Source: Candidatus Zambryskibacteria bacterium RIFCSPHIGHO2_01_FULL_43_25 (GTDB lineage: Bacteria; Patescibacteriota; Minisyncoccia; Phycocordibacterales; Zambryskibacteraceae). From it: a stretch of DNA of 64,000 nt. The DNA lies in assembly GCA_001823695.1 (NCBI GenBank), contig MHVD01000002.1, positions 15,215 through 79,214 on the forward strand, written 5' to 3'. Both the position numbers and the translations under genes were made by a program. Below, piece by piece: positions 28,312 through 37,633 of this stretch. A model generated the notes under the pieces. It ran no database searches and had not been told where the DNA came from. It saw nothing but the letters and a program-made list of their open reading frames with translations. The stretch's first letter is position 1, and each line of letters begins with the position of its first letter.

Positions 28312-28782
28312 CTATTGATGCTTCAAATCTCTTAAAACTACAATTGCAGAGATTAAGCTCAGCAGGAATATTGTTGAACCGAAGAAACAAGGAGTAAGAA
28401 ATGGATTGGTGATAAGCTGTCCGGAGCAACCTATAACTTCTGTAGTCTGAGCTCCGTAAAATCTCAGCAACTCCAAAGTCATATTGGTCCAAGCAAAAAT
28501 GTTTCCAGCTACAAGTAAAATTAAAAGCCTTTTAATATTTTTTATTTGCGCAGGTAACTCTTTTTTGCCGATTTTTATAACCCAGATAAGAGCTATGAGA
28601 AATGCTATAGCGCCATAGAAGCACGGGGTGGTTACCGGATTTGGAGTAAAACAGTCTTGTATCTTAAATATAGTGCCTTCTATTTTCGCGAACCTTAAAA
28701 AGTCATTTGCGACAGAAAGCCAAGCGAAAACTGTGCCTGCTAAAAGCGGTAAAAATATAATTCTATATGTTTGTTTTTCCAT
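28312..28782 (-). CDS. Hypothetical 4-TM membrane protein with internal duplication and paired Cys motifs
   Basis: Two homologous halves, each FAW...C-x(n)-TPC(F)(Y/F)G-TM. Local GC ~33%. Confidence 0.4.
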   Translation of the reverse strand: MEKQTYRIIFLPLLAGTVFAWLSVANDFLRFAKIEGTIFKIQDCFTPNPVTTPCFYGAIAFLIALIWVIKIGKKELPAQIKNIKRLLILLVAGNIFAWTNMTLELLRFYGAQTTEVIGCSGQLITNPFLTPCFFGSTIFLLSLISAIVVLRDLKHQ

Positions 28783-29467
28783 ATTGATTATTGCTAGTAA
28801 CTAGGACTTTATTTTTTGCCCGGTTCAATAAAAGTGAAAAAGTCAACATCCAAATTGACGAAAGTATTTCAATTAGTAGTGGTAGAGTATCTATTTTAAA
28901 ACGCATTGTTAAAAAAACTAGAACTGCAAGAAGCGTAGCAATCATGGCTGTAACAAGTGGCATTTTTTTGCTGTTTAGTTCCGCAAACATCTTCTCAAAA
29001 GCAGTTAGGAATCTTTTTGAAATGTCCTGGAAAATAAAAAATAGAATTAATACAGAGATTGTATAAAATGTAACAGGATCAGATTTTCCTGGTGATGACC
29101 CAAATATCACCATAACCATTATAACAGTAAGTATTAGAAAAATACCTATAAGAACAGTAAAAAAAGACTTAATACATGTAACCAACCAAATTGATATGGA
29201 TCCATTTGGACTTTTATTAGGAGTTATTTTTTGCAAATACTTAATGAAGATCGTGGAAATTATAATAAAAAATACAAAACTTGTAGGAATTAATGATAAT
29301 ATTGGGACAGGTAGAAAAGTAATTTCAGGCATTGACATTATTGTAGGGGGTGTGGGTTTATTATAATTTATTATGAATATTGGAAGAGTTGAAATAATGA
29401 TCCCCAATAACGAACAAAGCAAAGCAACTATTAAAAACCCGTGTTTTATAAGAAAAGAGTTTTTCAT
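28763..29467 (-). CDS. Hypothetical polytopic membrane protein
   Basis: About 6 TM segments. Start taken at the internal ATG (MKNSF...), which overlaps the thrS stop by 4 nt. Confidence 0.4.
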   Translation of the reverse strand: MKNSFLIKHGFLIVALLCSLLGIIISTLPIFIINYNKPTPPTIMSMPEITFLPVPILSLIPTSFVFFIIISTIFIKYLQKITPNKSPNGSISIWLVTCIKSFFTVLIGIFLILTVIMVMVIFGSSPGKSDPVTFYTISVLILFFIFQDISKRFLTAFEKMFAELNSKKMPLVTAMIATLLAVLVFLTMRFKIDTLPLLIEILSSIWMLTFSLLLNRAKNKVLVTSNNQYGKTNI

Positions 29468-29468
29468 A

Positions 29469-31220
29469 TTATTTTCTATTGTTAATTTCTTCTTTGATTT
29501 GGCTGACAAAATCTTCTAGTTTCAAAGAACCGATATTACCTTTGTCTCTGCTTTCAACTGAAACATTTTTGTTTTCAATTTCTTTATCTCCGATAACGAT
29601 CCAGTAAGGGATTTTTTGCATCTTAACTCCGCGGACTTTCTTGCCAACGCTCTCATCTGAATTATCCAGTTCTGCCCTGATATTCTCTGCCATTAAGCTT
29701 TTTACCACCATCTGAACGTATTCTCTATGCTTTTCTCCCACTGACAAAACCTTTACCTGCACCGGGGAGAGCCAGATCGGAAACGCCCCAGCGTAATGCT
29801 CAATTAAAAAACCAATAAAACGCTCATGAGTTCCCAAGGGCGCGCGGTGAATGCACACAGGGGTCTTATCCTTTCCGTCTTTGTCGGTGTAAACTAGACC
29901 AAAACGACGAGGTTGGGCGAAATCAACTTGGTTGGTCGCCAATGTAAACTCGCGTCCAATAGCACTCCATACCTGCACATCAATTTTAGGTCCGTAAAAT
30001 GCAGCTTCATTTGGCACTTCAACAAACGGGATCTTGGATTCAATTAGAGTTTTGCGCACCATATCTTCTGTTTTTTTCCATAACTCTGGTTCGTCGACAT
30101 ACTTTTGGCCAAGATGTTTTGGGTCGTGGGTTGAGAAACGCATCAAATATTTTTTTATACCGAAAATCTGAAAGTAATTTATGTACATATCATTAACAGC
30201 TCTGAATTCGCTCGGAAATTGTTCCTCGGTGCAGTACATATGCGCATCATTCATCTGCAAAAATCTAACACGCATAAGCCCGAATAATTCTCCGGATTTC
30301 TCGTTTCGATATACCGTTCCGTATTCTGCGAGCCGCAGGGGCAAGTCGCGGTAGCTTCTCGATTCAGAAGCGAAAATCTTGTGATGATGAGGGCAGTTCA
30401 TTGCTCTGAGATAATACCTGCCGCCCTCGCATTCCATAGGCGGATACATACTTTCCTGGTAATAGGGAAGATGCCCGCTTTTTATGTACATTGATTCTTT
30501 TGCGATATGGGGGGTTCTTACCCTTTTATATCCAGCCTTAAACTCAGTTTCACTTGCCAACTTCTCAAGTTCCTCAATTATGACAGCTCCATTAGGAAGC
30601 CAAAGAGGCAGACCAGGTCCGACGTCGTCATCAAATGTAAAAATTTTCAGTTCTTTGCCAAGTTTCCTGTGATCTCTTTTCTCAGCTTCTTCTTGCTGTT
30701 TTATATAATCTTCAAGTTCTTTTTTATCATTGAAAGCCAATCCGTATATTCGGGTGAGCATTTGGTTTTTTTCATCTCCCCGCCAATAGGCGCCGGCAAT
30801 CTTGTCTAGTTTGAAAGAATCAGGTTTTATGTTTTTTGCGCTTTTTATATGTCCGCCTCGGCAGAGGTCGGTGAATTTACCCGAGGTGTAGAGCGTTATC
30901 TTTTCTCCCTTTCCCGCTATTTCATTGATAAGTTCTTTTTTATAAGGGTTATCTTTGTACAGAATCAGCGCTTCTTCTTGGGTTGTCTCGCGTCCTTCAA
31001 ACTTGTCCCAAGTCTTGAGGATGTCCCTCATTTTTTTCTCAATTACAGGTAATTCGCTGTCAGTTATTTTTCGGTCTTTGAAATCAAAGTCGTAATAAAA
31101 GCCGTTTTCAATCGCCGGCCCTAATGTAGGGAGTGCGTTTGGGTAAACTTCTAAAACAGCCGCAGCAAGCAAGTGGGAAAGGGAATGTCTTAAAACCCCG
31201 ATATCTTCATCTTTAGTCAT
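29469..31220 (-). CDS. thrS: Threonine--tRNA ligase (no N-terminal TGS domain)
   Basis: HSLSHLLAAAVLEVYP editing-domain start, class II core and C-terminal anticodon-binding domain. Confidence 0.9.
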   Translation of the reverse strand: MTKDEDIGVLRHSLSHLLAAAVLEVYPNALPTLGPAIENGFYYDFDFKDRKITDSELPVIEKKMRDILKTWDKFEGRETTQEEALILYKDNPYKKELINEIAGKGEKITLYTSGKFTDLCRGGHIKSAKNIKPDSFKLDKIAGAYWRGDEKNQMLTRIYGLAFNDKKELEDYIKQQEEAEKRDHRKLGKELKIFTFDDDVGPGLPLWLPNGAVIIEELEKLASETEFKAGYKRVRTPHIAKESMYIKSGHLPYYQESMYPPMECEGGRYYLRAMNCPHHHKIFASESRSYRDLPLRLAEYGTVYRNEKSGELFGLMRVRFLQMNDAHMYCTEEQFPSEFRAVNDMYINYFQIFGIKKYLMRFSTHDPKHLGQKYVDEPELWKKTEDMVRKTLIESKIPFVEVPNEAAFYGPKIDVQVWSAIGREFTLATNQVDFAQPRRFGLVYTDKDGKDKTPVCIHRAPLGTHERFIGFLIEHYAGAFPIWLSPVQVKVLSVGEKHREYVQMVVKSLMAENIRAELDNSDESVGKKVRGVKMQKIPYWIVIGDKEIENKNVSVESRDKGNIGSLKLEDFVSQIKEEINNRK

Positions 31221-31278
31221 ATCTAAATATTACACCGAAACATGGCTTATAAAAAGGTTATTTTAGGGTAATTTTTGC

Positions 31279-31308
31279 TTGACAGAATTATATAAAATAT
31301 GCTATAAT
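31279..31308 (+). promoter_or_regulatory. Consensus sigma70 promoter TTGACA-18-TATAAT with no downstream same-strand gene
   Basis: ttgacagaattatataaaatatgctataat. Confidence 0.5.
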
Positions 31309-31336
31309 TAAACATAGATAAGGGACTGTTAAATGA

Positions 31337-31385
31337 CCCGCCTAGTATCCGTCAGCTGACGGAGAACGGCGGGTTTCGTTTTTTC
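31337..31385 (+). terminator. Two-tier hairpin plus U-tract ending the short transcript from the orphan promoter
   Basis: cccgcc...ccgtcagctgacgg...ggcggg followed by tttcgttttttt. It encloses an 8-codon ORF (31333-31359, MTRLVSVS) preceded by AAGGGA. Confidence 0.45.
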
Positions 31386-31394
31386 ACATTTACG

Positions 31395-31436
31395 AACAAC
31401 GCATAAAAAACGCTATAGCGTTTTTTATGCGTTGTT
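31395..31436. repeat. 42-bp perfect palindrome (family member 1) between convergent transcription units
   Basis: aacaacgcataaaaaacgcta|tagcgttttttatgcgttgtt. Confidence 0.8.
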
Positions 31437-31444
31437 GTGCGGTT

Positions 31445-34400
31445 TTAAAAAATTCTTATTTTCTCAGCGATTATTGAAATAGAATTGTTTCTCTTTGAAA
31501 CAGAGCCGACGACTACCACGCAATTTTCGGGTTTTATTACCTCTTTAAATTCATTTAGAACTCTGGGAAAAACCACTACTTCCATAGAATCTGATAAATC
31601 AGCTATACGAACAAACATCATTTTCTCATTTCCTTTCGTAATTACTTCGCGCGCATCTTCAATAATTCCGGCTACTGTTGCTCGAAGGCCTTCGGGGAAC
31701 TCCTTTTTTATTCTGGCGATATTTACACTCCGTTCTTCAAGTTTACTCTTGTACTGGTTGAGCGGATGGCCTGAAATATAAAGTCCCAAGAGTTCCTTTT
31801 CCCATACCAGTTTGTCTTTTTCTGTCGCTGGTTTTGATTTGGATAGGGTCAACCTTGAAGTTTGTGAATTTTCAGACATCAAGCCAAACAAAGAATCTTG
31901 AGCTTTTACACCTTGGGCGCTTTCTTTGTGAAAAGTAAGCAAAGTTTCGAGATTTTGGAGCATCTGTCCTCTTTCGCCAAACTCTTCCAGCGCTCCCGCT
32001 TTGATAAGCGATTCAAGAGATTTTTTGTTCAAGTTTCTGTCTCCCACCCTCTCCAAGAAATCGGCAAGAGATGTGTATTTTCCGCCTTCTTTTCTTTCTC
32101 TAACAATTGATTGCGAAATTCCCTCGCCGAAGTTCTTTATCGTAGCAAGCCCGAATCTGATTTTGTCGGGGCTTCCAGCTCCTCTGACTACCGAAAACCC
32201 GCGGAAACTTTCATTGGCGCTTGGCGGCATAACAGGAATATTCATTCTTTTGCACTCTGATATTATCTCACCGACTTTTTCTACATCTCCGGAGTCGGCA
32301 GTGAGTACGGCTGACATATAGATAGCAGGGTAATTCGCTTTAAAATAAGCGGTTTGATAAGCAACCCGCCCATAACTTGCGGCGTGTGCTTTGTTGAATC
32401 CATAAGCGGCAAATGGTTCTATCCAAGTCCAGAGCTCCACAGCTTTTTTGTGTGGCCAATTGCTGTGGGAGATACAACCGTCTATAAATTTTTCCTTTTG
32501 TGCCACCATTTCTTTAGGAATTTTCTTGCCGACCGCCTTTCTGAATTTGTCCACCTCTCCCCAGGTATATCCGGCTATGTCTTTGGCAATAAGAAGAAGG
32601 TCGTCTTGATAAACAAGGACCCCGTATGTTCTCTCAAGTATTGGTGCAAGTGCCATATCAAGATATTTTATTAAAGATGGGTTGTGCTTCCTCTTTATAA
32701 ATTCTGGAATAAACTGCATTGGTCCCGGGCGATAAAGAGCAACCATCGCATTTATATCATGGATCGTTGAAGGTTTGAGTTCCATCAGGAATTTCGTCAT
32801 TGCTTCACCGTTGAGCTGGAACAATCCTTCTGTTTCTCCGCGGGCAAGTATGCTGAATGTTTTCGGATCATCAAGCGGGATATTTTCTGGGTCAATGAGT
32901 TTTTCTTCGATTGCCCTTATGCGGTCTACGGTATCAGCAAGTATTGATAGATTTTTTAGTCCCAGAAAGTCAAATTTAAGCAAGCCAGCATCTTCTACGC
33001 TGTACATATCGTATTGAGTAATGATTTTCCTTTCACCTTTTGGGTCGTACTGGAGCGGAACATAATCGGTAATATCAGTCGGCGAGATAATCACGCCAGC
33101 TGCGTGGACGGAAATGTGCCTGGCGCACCCCTCAATTTTCCTCGCCATGTCTATTACTTCTCTGACGTCGTCCTCCTTTTGGTATATATCTTTAAGCTCG
33201 GGGATCATCTCAAAAGCCCTATCAATTGTCATAGGGAAGCCTTGGGAACCAAAGGGCATAAGTCTGGCGATACGGTCGCCCGTGCTGTAAGGATAACCCA
33301 GCGCTCTAGCAACGTCTCTCACTGCTCCCCGGGCCATCATAGTTCCAAATGTTCCGATCTGGGCAACCTTATCTGCGCCATATTTTTGCCTGGCGTATTC
33401 AATCATTTCGTCACGCCTGTTGTCAGCGAAATCCATATCAATATCTGGGGGTGACGGTCTTTCCGGGTTGAGAAATCGTTCAAACGGCAAACCGTATTCT
33501 ATAGGATTTACATTTGTAATCCCGGCAAGATAAGTGACCATTGACCCGGCAACTGACCCCCTAATGTTTGTGAGGATTCCATTTTCATGCGCATACCTTA
33601 GCAAGTCACCGACAACCAGGAAATATGGAGCATAGCCCTTATCGTTTATGATTTTCAATTCATATTCTATTCTTTCTTCAACTTCTTTGGTTTTTTTCAG
33701 ACCTCTTTTGTCTAGGCCTTCACAAACCAATCGCCTTAATTCTTTGTCCGGGGAAAGACCACTTTCAACTTTGAAATCAGGGAAAACCCAGGAACCGAAT
33801 TTCAACTCGAGATTACAGCTCCCAACTATCTCGTCGACTGACGATAGGGCTTCGGGAATATTTTTAAAAGCTTCAGTCATCTGTTCTCTGTCTCTGAATG
33901 AAAAGTCCTTCTCTTCTTCGTCAAACTCATGTCGCCCCCTGTCGGAATTTGTTTGCACCGACATCAAAGTCTGCCAAGCTTTCTTATCTTCGGGATTTAT
34001 ATAAAAAATATCTTGAGCAGCGACAACCTTTATGTTTTCTTTTTTTGCAAATTCCAAAAGTTCTTTCATAAGTTCAGCATGACCGGGAATTTCTGGGTGG
34101 TAAGTTAATTCAATGAAGAAATTTTTTCTACCAAAAATATTTTTGTACCGGTCAGCAATATCAGTCGCTTTTTTTCTATCCTTGTTGCGCAGAGCTTTGG
34201 CGATTTCTCCGGAGTTGGAAGGTGATATGGCCGTTAGTCCTTCGGAGTATTTCTCCAGTAGCTCTTTATCAATTCTCGGCTTGTAATAAAATCCTTCCAA
34301 GTGCGATAAGCTGGTGAGTTTTATTAGGTTTTTATAACCTGTCTCGTCCCGCGCCAACAATATCAATCTGAATCTTGTATTGTCTACACCGGCCTGCTTG

Positions 34401-34630
34401 TCGTGTCTTGTTCGCAACGCAACATAAGCATCCACTCCTATTATCGGTTTGATGTCGTTCTTTTTGCACTCCTGGAAAAATTCAATCGCTCCGTATAGAT
34501 TCCCGTTGTCAGTCAAAGCCAGCGCTTTCATGCCAAATTTTTTTGCCGCAGAAACCAATTCCGGTATTTTAGGCAAAGCGCCCAAGAGACTATAGTGGCT
34601 ATGGGTATGGAGATGAGAGAAGGAAGACAT
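31445..34630 (-). CDS. dnaE: DNA polymerase III alpha subunit
   Basis: PHP domain HLHTHSHYSLLGA, polymerase core and OB domain. Start taken at the internal ATG (MSSFSHLH...). Confidence 0.9.
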   Translation of the reverse strand: MSSFSHLHTHSHYSLLGALPKIPELVSAAKKFGMKALALTDNGNLYGAIEFFQECKKNDIKPIIGVDAYVALRTRHDKQAGVDNTRFRLILLARDETGYKNLIKLTSLSHLEGFYYKPRIDKELLEKYSEGLTAISPSNSGEIAKALRNKDRKKATDIADRYKNIFGRKNFFIELTYHPEIPGHAELMKELLEFAKKENIKVVAAQDIFYINPEDKKAWQTLMSVQTNSDRGRHEFDEEEKDFSFRDREQMTEAFKNIPEALSSVDEIVGSCNLELKFGSWVFPDFKVESGLSPDKELRRLVCEGLDKRGLKKTKEVEERIEYELKIINDKGYAPYFLVVGDLLRYAHENGILTNIRGSVAGSMVTYLAGITNVNPIEYGLPFERFLNPERPSPPDIDMDFADNRRDEMIEYARQKYGADKVAQIGTFGTMMARGAVRDVARALGYPYSTGDRIARLMPFGSQGFPMTIDRAFEMIPELKDIYQKEDDVREVIDMARKIEGCARHISVHAAGVIISPTDITDYVPLQYDPKGERKIITQYDMYSVEDAGLLKFDFLGLKNLSILADTVDRIRAIEEKLIDPENIPLDDPKTFSILARGETEGLFQLNGEAMTKFLMELKPSTIHDINAMVALYRPGPMQFIPEFIKRKHNPSLIKYLDMALAPILERTYGVLVYQDDLLLIAKDIAGYTWGEVDKFRKAVGKKIPKEMVAQKEKFIDGCISHSNWPHKKAVELWTWIEPFAAYGFNKAHAASYGRVAYQTAYFKANYPAIYMSAVLTADSGDVEKVGEIISECKRMNIPVMPPSANESFRGFSVVRGAGSPDKIRFGLATIKNFGEGISQSIVRERKEGGKYTSLADFLERVGDRNLNKKSLESLIKAGALEEFGERGQMLQNLETLLTFHKESAQGVKAQDSLFGLMSENSQTSRLTLSKSKPATEKDKLVWEKELLGLYISGHPLNQYKSKLEERSVNIARIKKEFPEGLRATVAGIIEDAREVITKGNEKMMFVRIADLSDSMEVVVFPRVLNEFKEVIKPENCVVVVGSVSKRNNSISIIAEKIRIF

Positions 34631-34723
34631 GCCCAGATATAATATCAGGTAAAGCGGCGGAAACAGCGCTTCTTCGTGGAAATCTAATTGACAGAGAGAG
34701 CTTATGGCATCTATCATGTATGT

Positions 34724-35266
34724 ATGTCAAACTCTCTGCCAAAAAAAGAAGAAAAAAACAGGGGTTTCAGCCTAGTTGAATTGCTTGTGGTTGTTGGAAT
34801 AATCGCGATTTTGATTTCTGTGGTAATAGTCGGGTCGCAAACTGTCCGTTCGCGAGGCAGGGACGCGCAGGTTAGGTCGGACGTTTCAACGATCATTTTG
34901 GCGTTTGAGAGATTCAGGAATAACAGTGCCGATAGTCCTAACTATAGATATCCTGGAGTTTATAACCAAGTCCAATGTTTGAAAGCAAGCGGTACATGCT
35001 GGGGTGGAGCATATAACGGCAATTCAACAATTAGCGCCAATCTGGCGAACTATCTCTCTACTATACCTACACCTCCCGGCACCAAGTCTGGTGAGTTGAG
35101 GCATGATGCCTACCTGTTTTACTCAGGCAGTTCCGATCCGTTCGGTTTGGGAATCGGCAATGGTAGTTGGCTGGTGTGGCCCCAGGAGAAACCTATTCCT
35201 GACTGTAAGGGTTTAGCAAGACAAGAAAGCGATGGAATATACTACTGCTATCAGCTACTTCGTTAG
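34724..35266 (+). CDS. Type IV pilin / pseudopilin (class III signal peptide)
   Basis: KNRG|FSLVELLVVVGIIAIL prepilin cleavage/methylation motif. Confidence 0.7.
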   Translation: MSNSLPKKEEKNRGFSLVELLVVVGIIAILISVVIVGSQTVRSRGRDAQVRSDVSTIILAFERFRNNSADSPNYRYPGVYNQVQCLKASGTCWGGAYNGNSTISANLANYLSTIPTPPGTKSGELRHDAYLFYSGSSDPFGLGIGNGSWLVWPQEKPIPDCKGLARQESDGIYYCYQLLR

Positions 35267-35299
35267 AAGACTGGAAGAACTTAAAGTTCCAAACCAAAA

Positions 35300-35893
35300 A
35301 TGAAAGTCAGATACATTGTGGGAGTTGATGAGGCGGGCAGGGGGCCTCTGGCCGGCCCCGTCTCTGTTGGCGTTGTGGCGATTCCAGTCAAATTGTCAAA
35401 AAATTATAAAAATATAAAAAACAGCAAACTGTTGTCCAAAAAAAGAAGGGAGGAATGGTTTTCTGTCTTAAAAAAAGAGAGAAAAGAAGGGAAACTAAAC
35501 TGGGGTGTCTCCACGGTCAGTCATTTGATTGTTGATAGGGACGGTATTTCCAGAGCCGTAAGGGTGGCTATCAGAAGAAGTTTGAAAAAAATTGATGTTG
35601 AACCGAAGGAATGCAGGATTCTTCTTGACGGCGGGCTTAAAGCGCCTAAGGAATTTGCATTCCAAGAGACTTTTATAAGAGGCGATGAAAGAATTTCTAT
35701 AATAGCTCTGGCTTCAATCGTTGCAAAGGTTTATCGAGACAAGAAGATGACCAGACTGGCGAAGGTCTATCCGGAATTTAAGTTTGATATTCACAAGGGC
35801 TATGGCACGAAACTCCACAGGAGACTTATAAGAAAATACGGGCCGTCTCCGATACACAGGATTTCTTTTCTGACGCGAATTCTGACTAAGTAA
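35300..35893 (+). CDS. rnhB: Ribonuclease HII
   Basis: VGVDEAGRGPLAGPV catalytic motif. Confidence 0.85.
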   Translation: MKVRYIVGVDEAGRGPLAGPVSVGVVAIPVKLSKNYKNIKNSKLLSKKRREEWFSVLKKERKEGKLNWGVSTVSHLIVDRDGISRAVRVAIRRSLKKIDVEPKECRILLDGGLKAPKEFAFQETFIRGDERISIIALASIVAKVYRDKKMTRLAKVYPEFKFDIHKGYGTKLHRRLIRKYGPSPIHRISFLTRILTK

Positions 35894-35982
35894 CCTACCC
35901 GCCATAAGCCTAGTACCATACTTAGCAAAAATAGAAATGGTAGCAGTTTATCCGAATGAAGTAATGCTTTTGACAGCAGGCG

Positions 35983-36018
35983 ATTGACAGGCGAGTTGAC
36001 ATTTGTATATTTTGATAT
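35983..36018 (+). promoter_or_regulatory. Promoter region with three tandem TTGACA hexamers; the last is paired with TACTAT at 17 nt
   Basis: ttgacagcaggcgattgacaggcgagttgacatttgtatattttgatattactat. Confidence 0.35.
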
Positions 36019-36068
36019 TACTATACTAACAGATTGCACCTCCGGAGAAACATTTGCAAGGAGTCAGC

Positions 36069-36341
36069 ATGGACCTATCAAATGATGAGAAAGGCCGGCG
36101 GTTTGGCTTCTTTTACTTTGGTGGTTATCCAGTGAGAGAGGAAGAGAGAATCGCTGGTTTTGGCTGGGAAGGGGAACCCGGTGCCGTAGTTCCAAAGCGC
36201 TTTGACGATGAGGCATTCAATGAGCTGCTGGGTGATCCCATAGTTCCGAAGTCTCAGCCACAGAAGAGAATCAGCCAACCACCATCTCCGGCCGAAACAA
36301 AGCCCGCTGGGTTTTGGGAAGGGGACGAGCCTATCCGCTAG
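36069..36341 (+). CDS. Hypothetical small protein (moderately GC-rich) with its own terminator
   Basis: ATG with AAGGAG 7 nt upstream. The ORF track starts at the TTG 36054. Confidence 0.35.
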   Translation: MDLSNDEKGRRFGFFYFGGYPVREEERIAGFGWEGEPGAVVPKRFDDEAFNELLGDPIVPKSQPQKRISQPPSPAETKPAGFWEGDEPIR

Positions 36342-36362
36342 CCCGGATCTTCGGATGTATGT

Positions 36363-36400
36363 GCCCCAGCGCGCTTTCGCGCGCTGGGGCATTGCTTTTT
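36363..36400 (+). terminator. Intrinsic terminator
   Basis: gccccagcgcgc-tttc-gcgcgctggggc followed by attgcttttt. Confidence 0.7.
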
Positions 36401-36428
36401 ACCTGATTTTATATACAATGTGCCTATT

Positions 36429-36692
36429 ATGGTTGTAAGAATGCGTCATACCAGGTCCCATACGAGGAATCGCCGCGCTCATCATGCCTTGAAAGAGCGG
36501 GCTTTATCGGCTTGCAGTCATTGTGGCGCTGTTAAGAAAAACCACTTAGTCTGCATGAATTGCGGCTACTACAGGGAGAGGGAAATTATTGACGTTATAT
36601 CAAGCACGTCAAAAAAAGAAGCAAAGAAAAAGAATAAAAAGGCGGAGGCCGGAGCGGAAGCAAAGGCGGAAGCCAAAGAAGAATCCAAATAG
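36429..36692 (+). CDS. rpmF: 50S ribosomal protein L32 with Lys/Ala/Glu-rich tail
   Basis: MVVRMRHTRSHTRNRRAHHAL...CSHCG...HLVCMNCGYY zinc ribbon. The alternative GTG start at 36420 is the one listed by the ORF track. Confidence 0.8.
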   Translation: MVVRMRHTRSHTRNRRAHHALKERALSACSHCGAVKKNHLVCMNCGYYREREIIDVISSTSKKEAKKKNKKAEAGAEAKAEAKEESK

Positions 36693-36717
36693 AGAAGAAG
36701 TTGTTCTTTAGAACCTT

Positions 36718-37632
36718 ATGGCAAATCGGCACCTCGCAAGATCAGTAGTAATGCAGTCCCTGTTTGAATGGGATTTTAGAGGGTTTGATAAAAAGACGGC
36801 CCTAAAAGTCCTTGAAAGGAATGTTGAAGAATTTGCCGCGGGTGAAAACGACATCGATTTCATAGAAAATCTGTACAAAACAGTCTTGGAAAAGCGCAAA
36901 GAACTAGACCTCATCATTACCAAAGCCGCACCAGACTGGCCTGTAGAAAAAATATCAATTATTGACCGGAATGTCCTGCGCATCGGGCTTTCCGAGCTTT
37001 TATTTGCTGATAGGAAAGAAGTTCCGCCGAAAGTCGCCATAAATGAAGCGATTGAATTGGCAAAAAATTTTGGCGGCGAAACAAGCGGCAAGTTCGTAAA
37101 CGGAGTTTTAGGCGCCGTGTACAAAGAAATGGGAGAGCCGGGCAAAGATGAAGTTTCAACTAAAAAGAAAAATCCTGATAATATCCCTGATGAAAAAGCC
37201 CCCCTTCTTATTTTAGGTGGAGCTGTGGTATATTCTGAAAAAGAAGGCAGAATTTACATAGCTTTGGTTCATGACGTATTTGGCCATTGGACCTTGTCTA
37301 AGGGTAAACTCGAAGATAATGAAGATATAAAAGCTGGTACTATTCGTGAGATAAAAGAAGAATTAGGACTCGATATTGAGATAGAACAAGAATTAGGCGT
37401 AAACGAATACATTGCCTATCACCCTGAACACGGAAAACTACGCAAGAGGGTGTATTACTTTTTAGCAAGGTCGCAGTACGCAGAAATGATTTTGGAGAAA
37501 GAAGGCGGTCTTGATAATGCCAAATGGTTTTCCTTGGACCAGATCGCCGAACTCAACTTTTATGACGATGTTTTGCCGCTTGTAACCAAGGCAGTCATGA
37601 TACTTGCCAGAGCGCAGCAGAATAAAAAATAA
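36718..37632 (+). CDS. nusB: NusB (N-terminal) - NUDIX hydrolase (C-terminal) fusion protein
   Basis: Residues 1-140 carry KVAINEAIELAKNFGGETSGKFVNGVL, the NusB signature. Residues ~170-300 carry a perfect Nudix box GKLEDNEDIKAGTIREIKEELGL. One continuous ORF. Confidence 0.75.
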   Translation: MANRHLARSVVMQSLFEWDFRGFDKKTALKVLERNVEEFAAGENDIDFIENLYKTVLEKRKELDLIITKAAPDWPVEKISIIDRNVLRIGLSELLFADRKEVPPKVAINEAIELAKNFGGETSGKFVNGVLGAVYKEMGEPGKDEVSTKKKNPDNIPDEKAPLLILGGAVVYSEKEGRIYIALVHDVFGHWTLSKGKLEDNEDIKAGTIREIKEELGLDIEIEQELGVNEYIAYHPEHGKLRKRVYYFLARSQYAEMILEKEGGLDNAKWFSLDQIAELNFYDDVLPLVTKAVMILARAQQNKK

Positions 37633-37633
37633 A

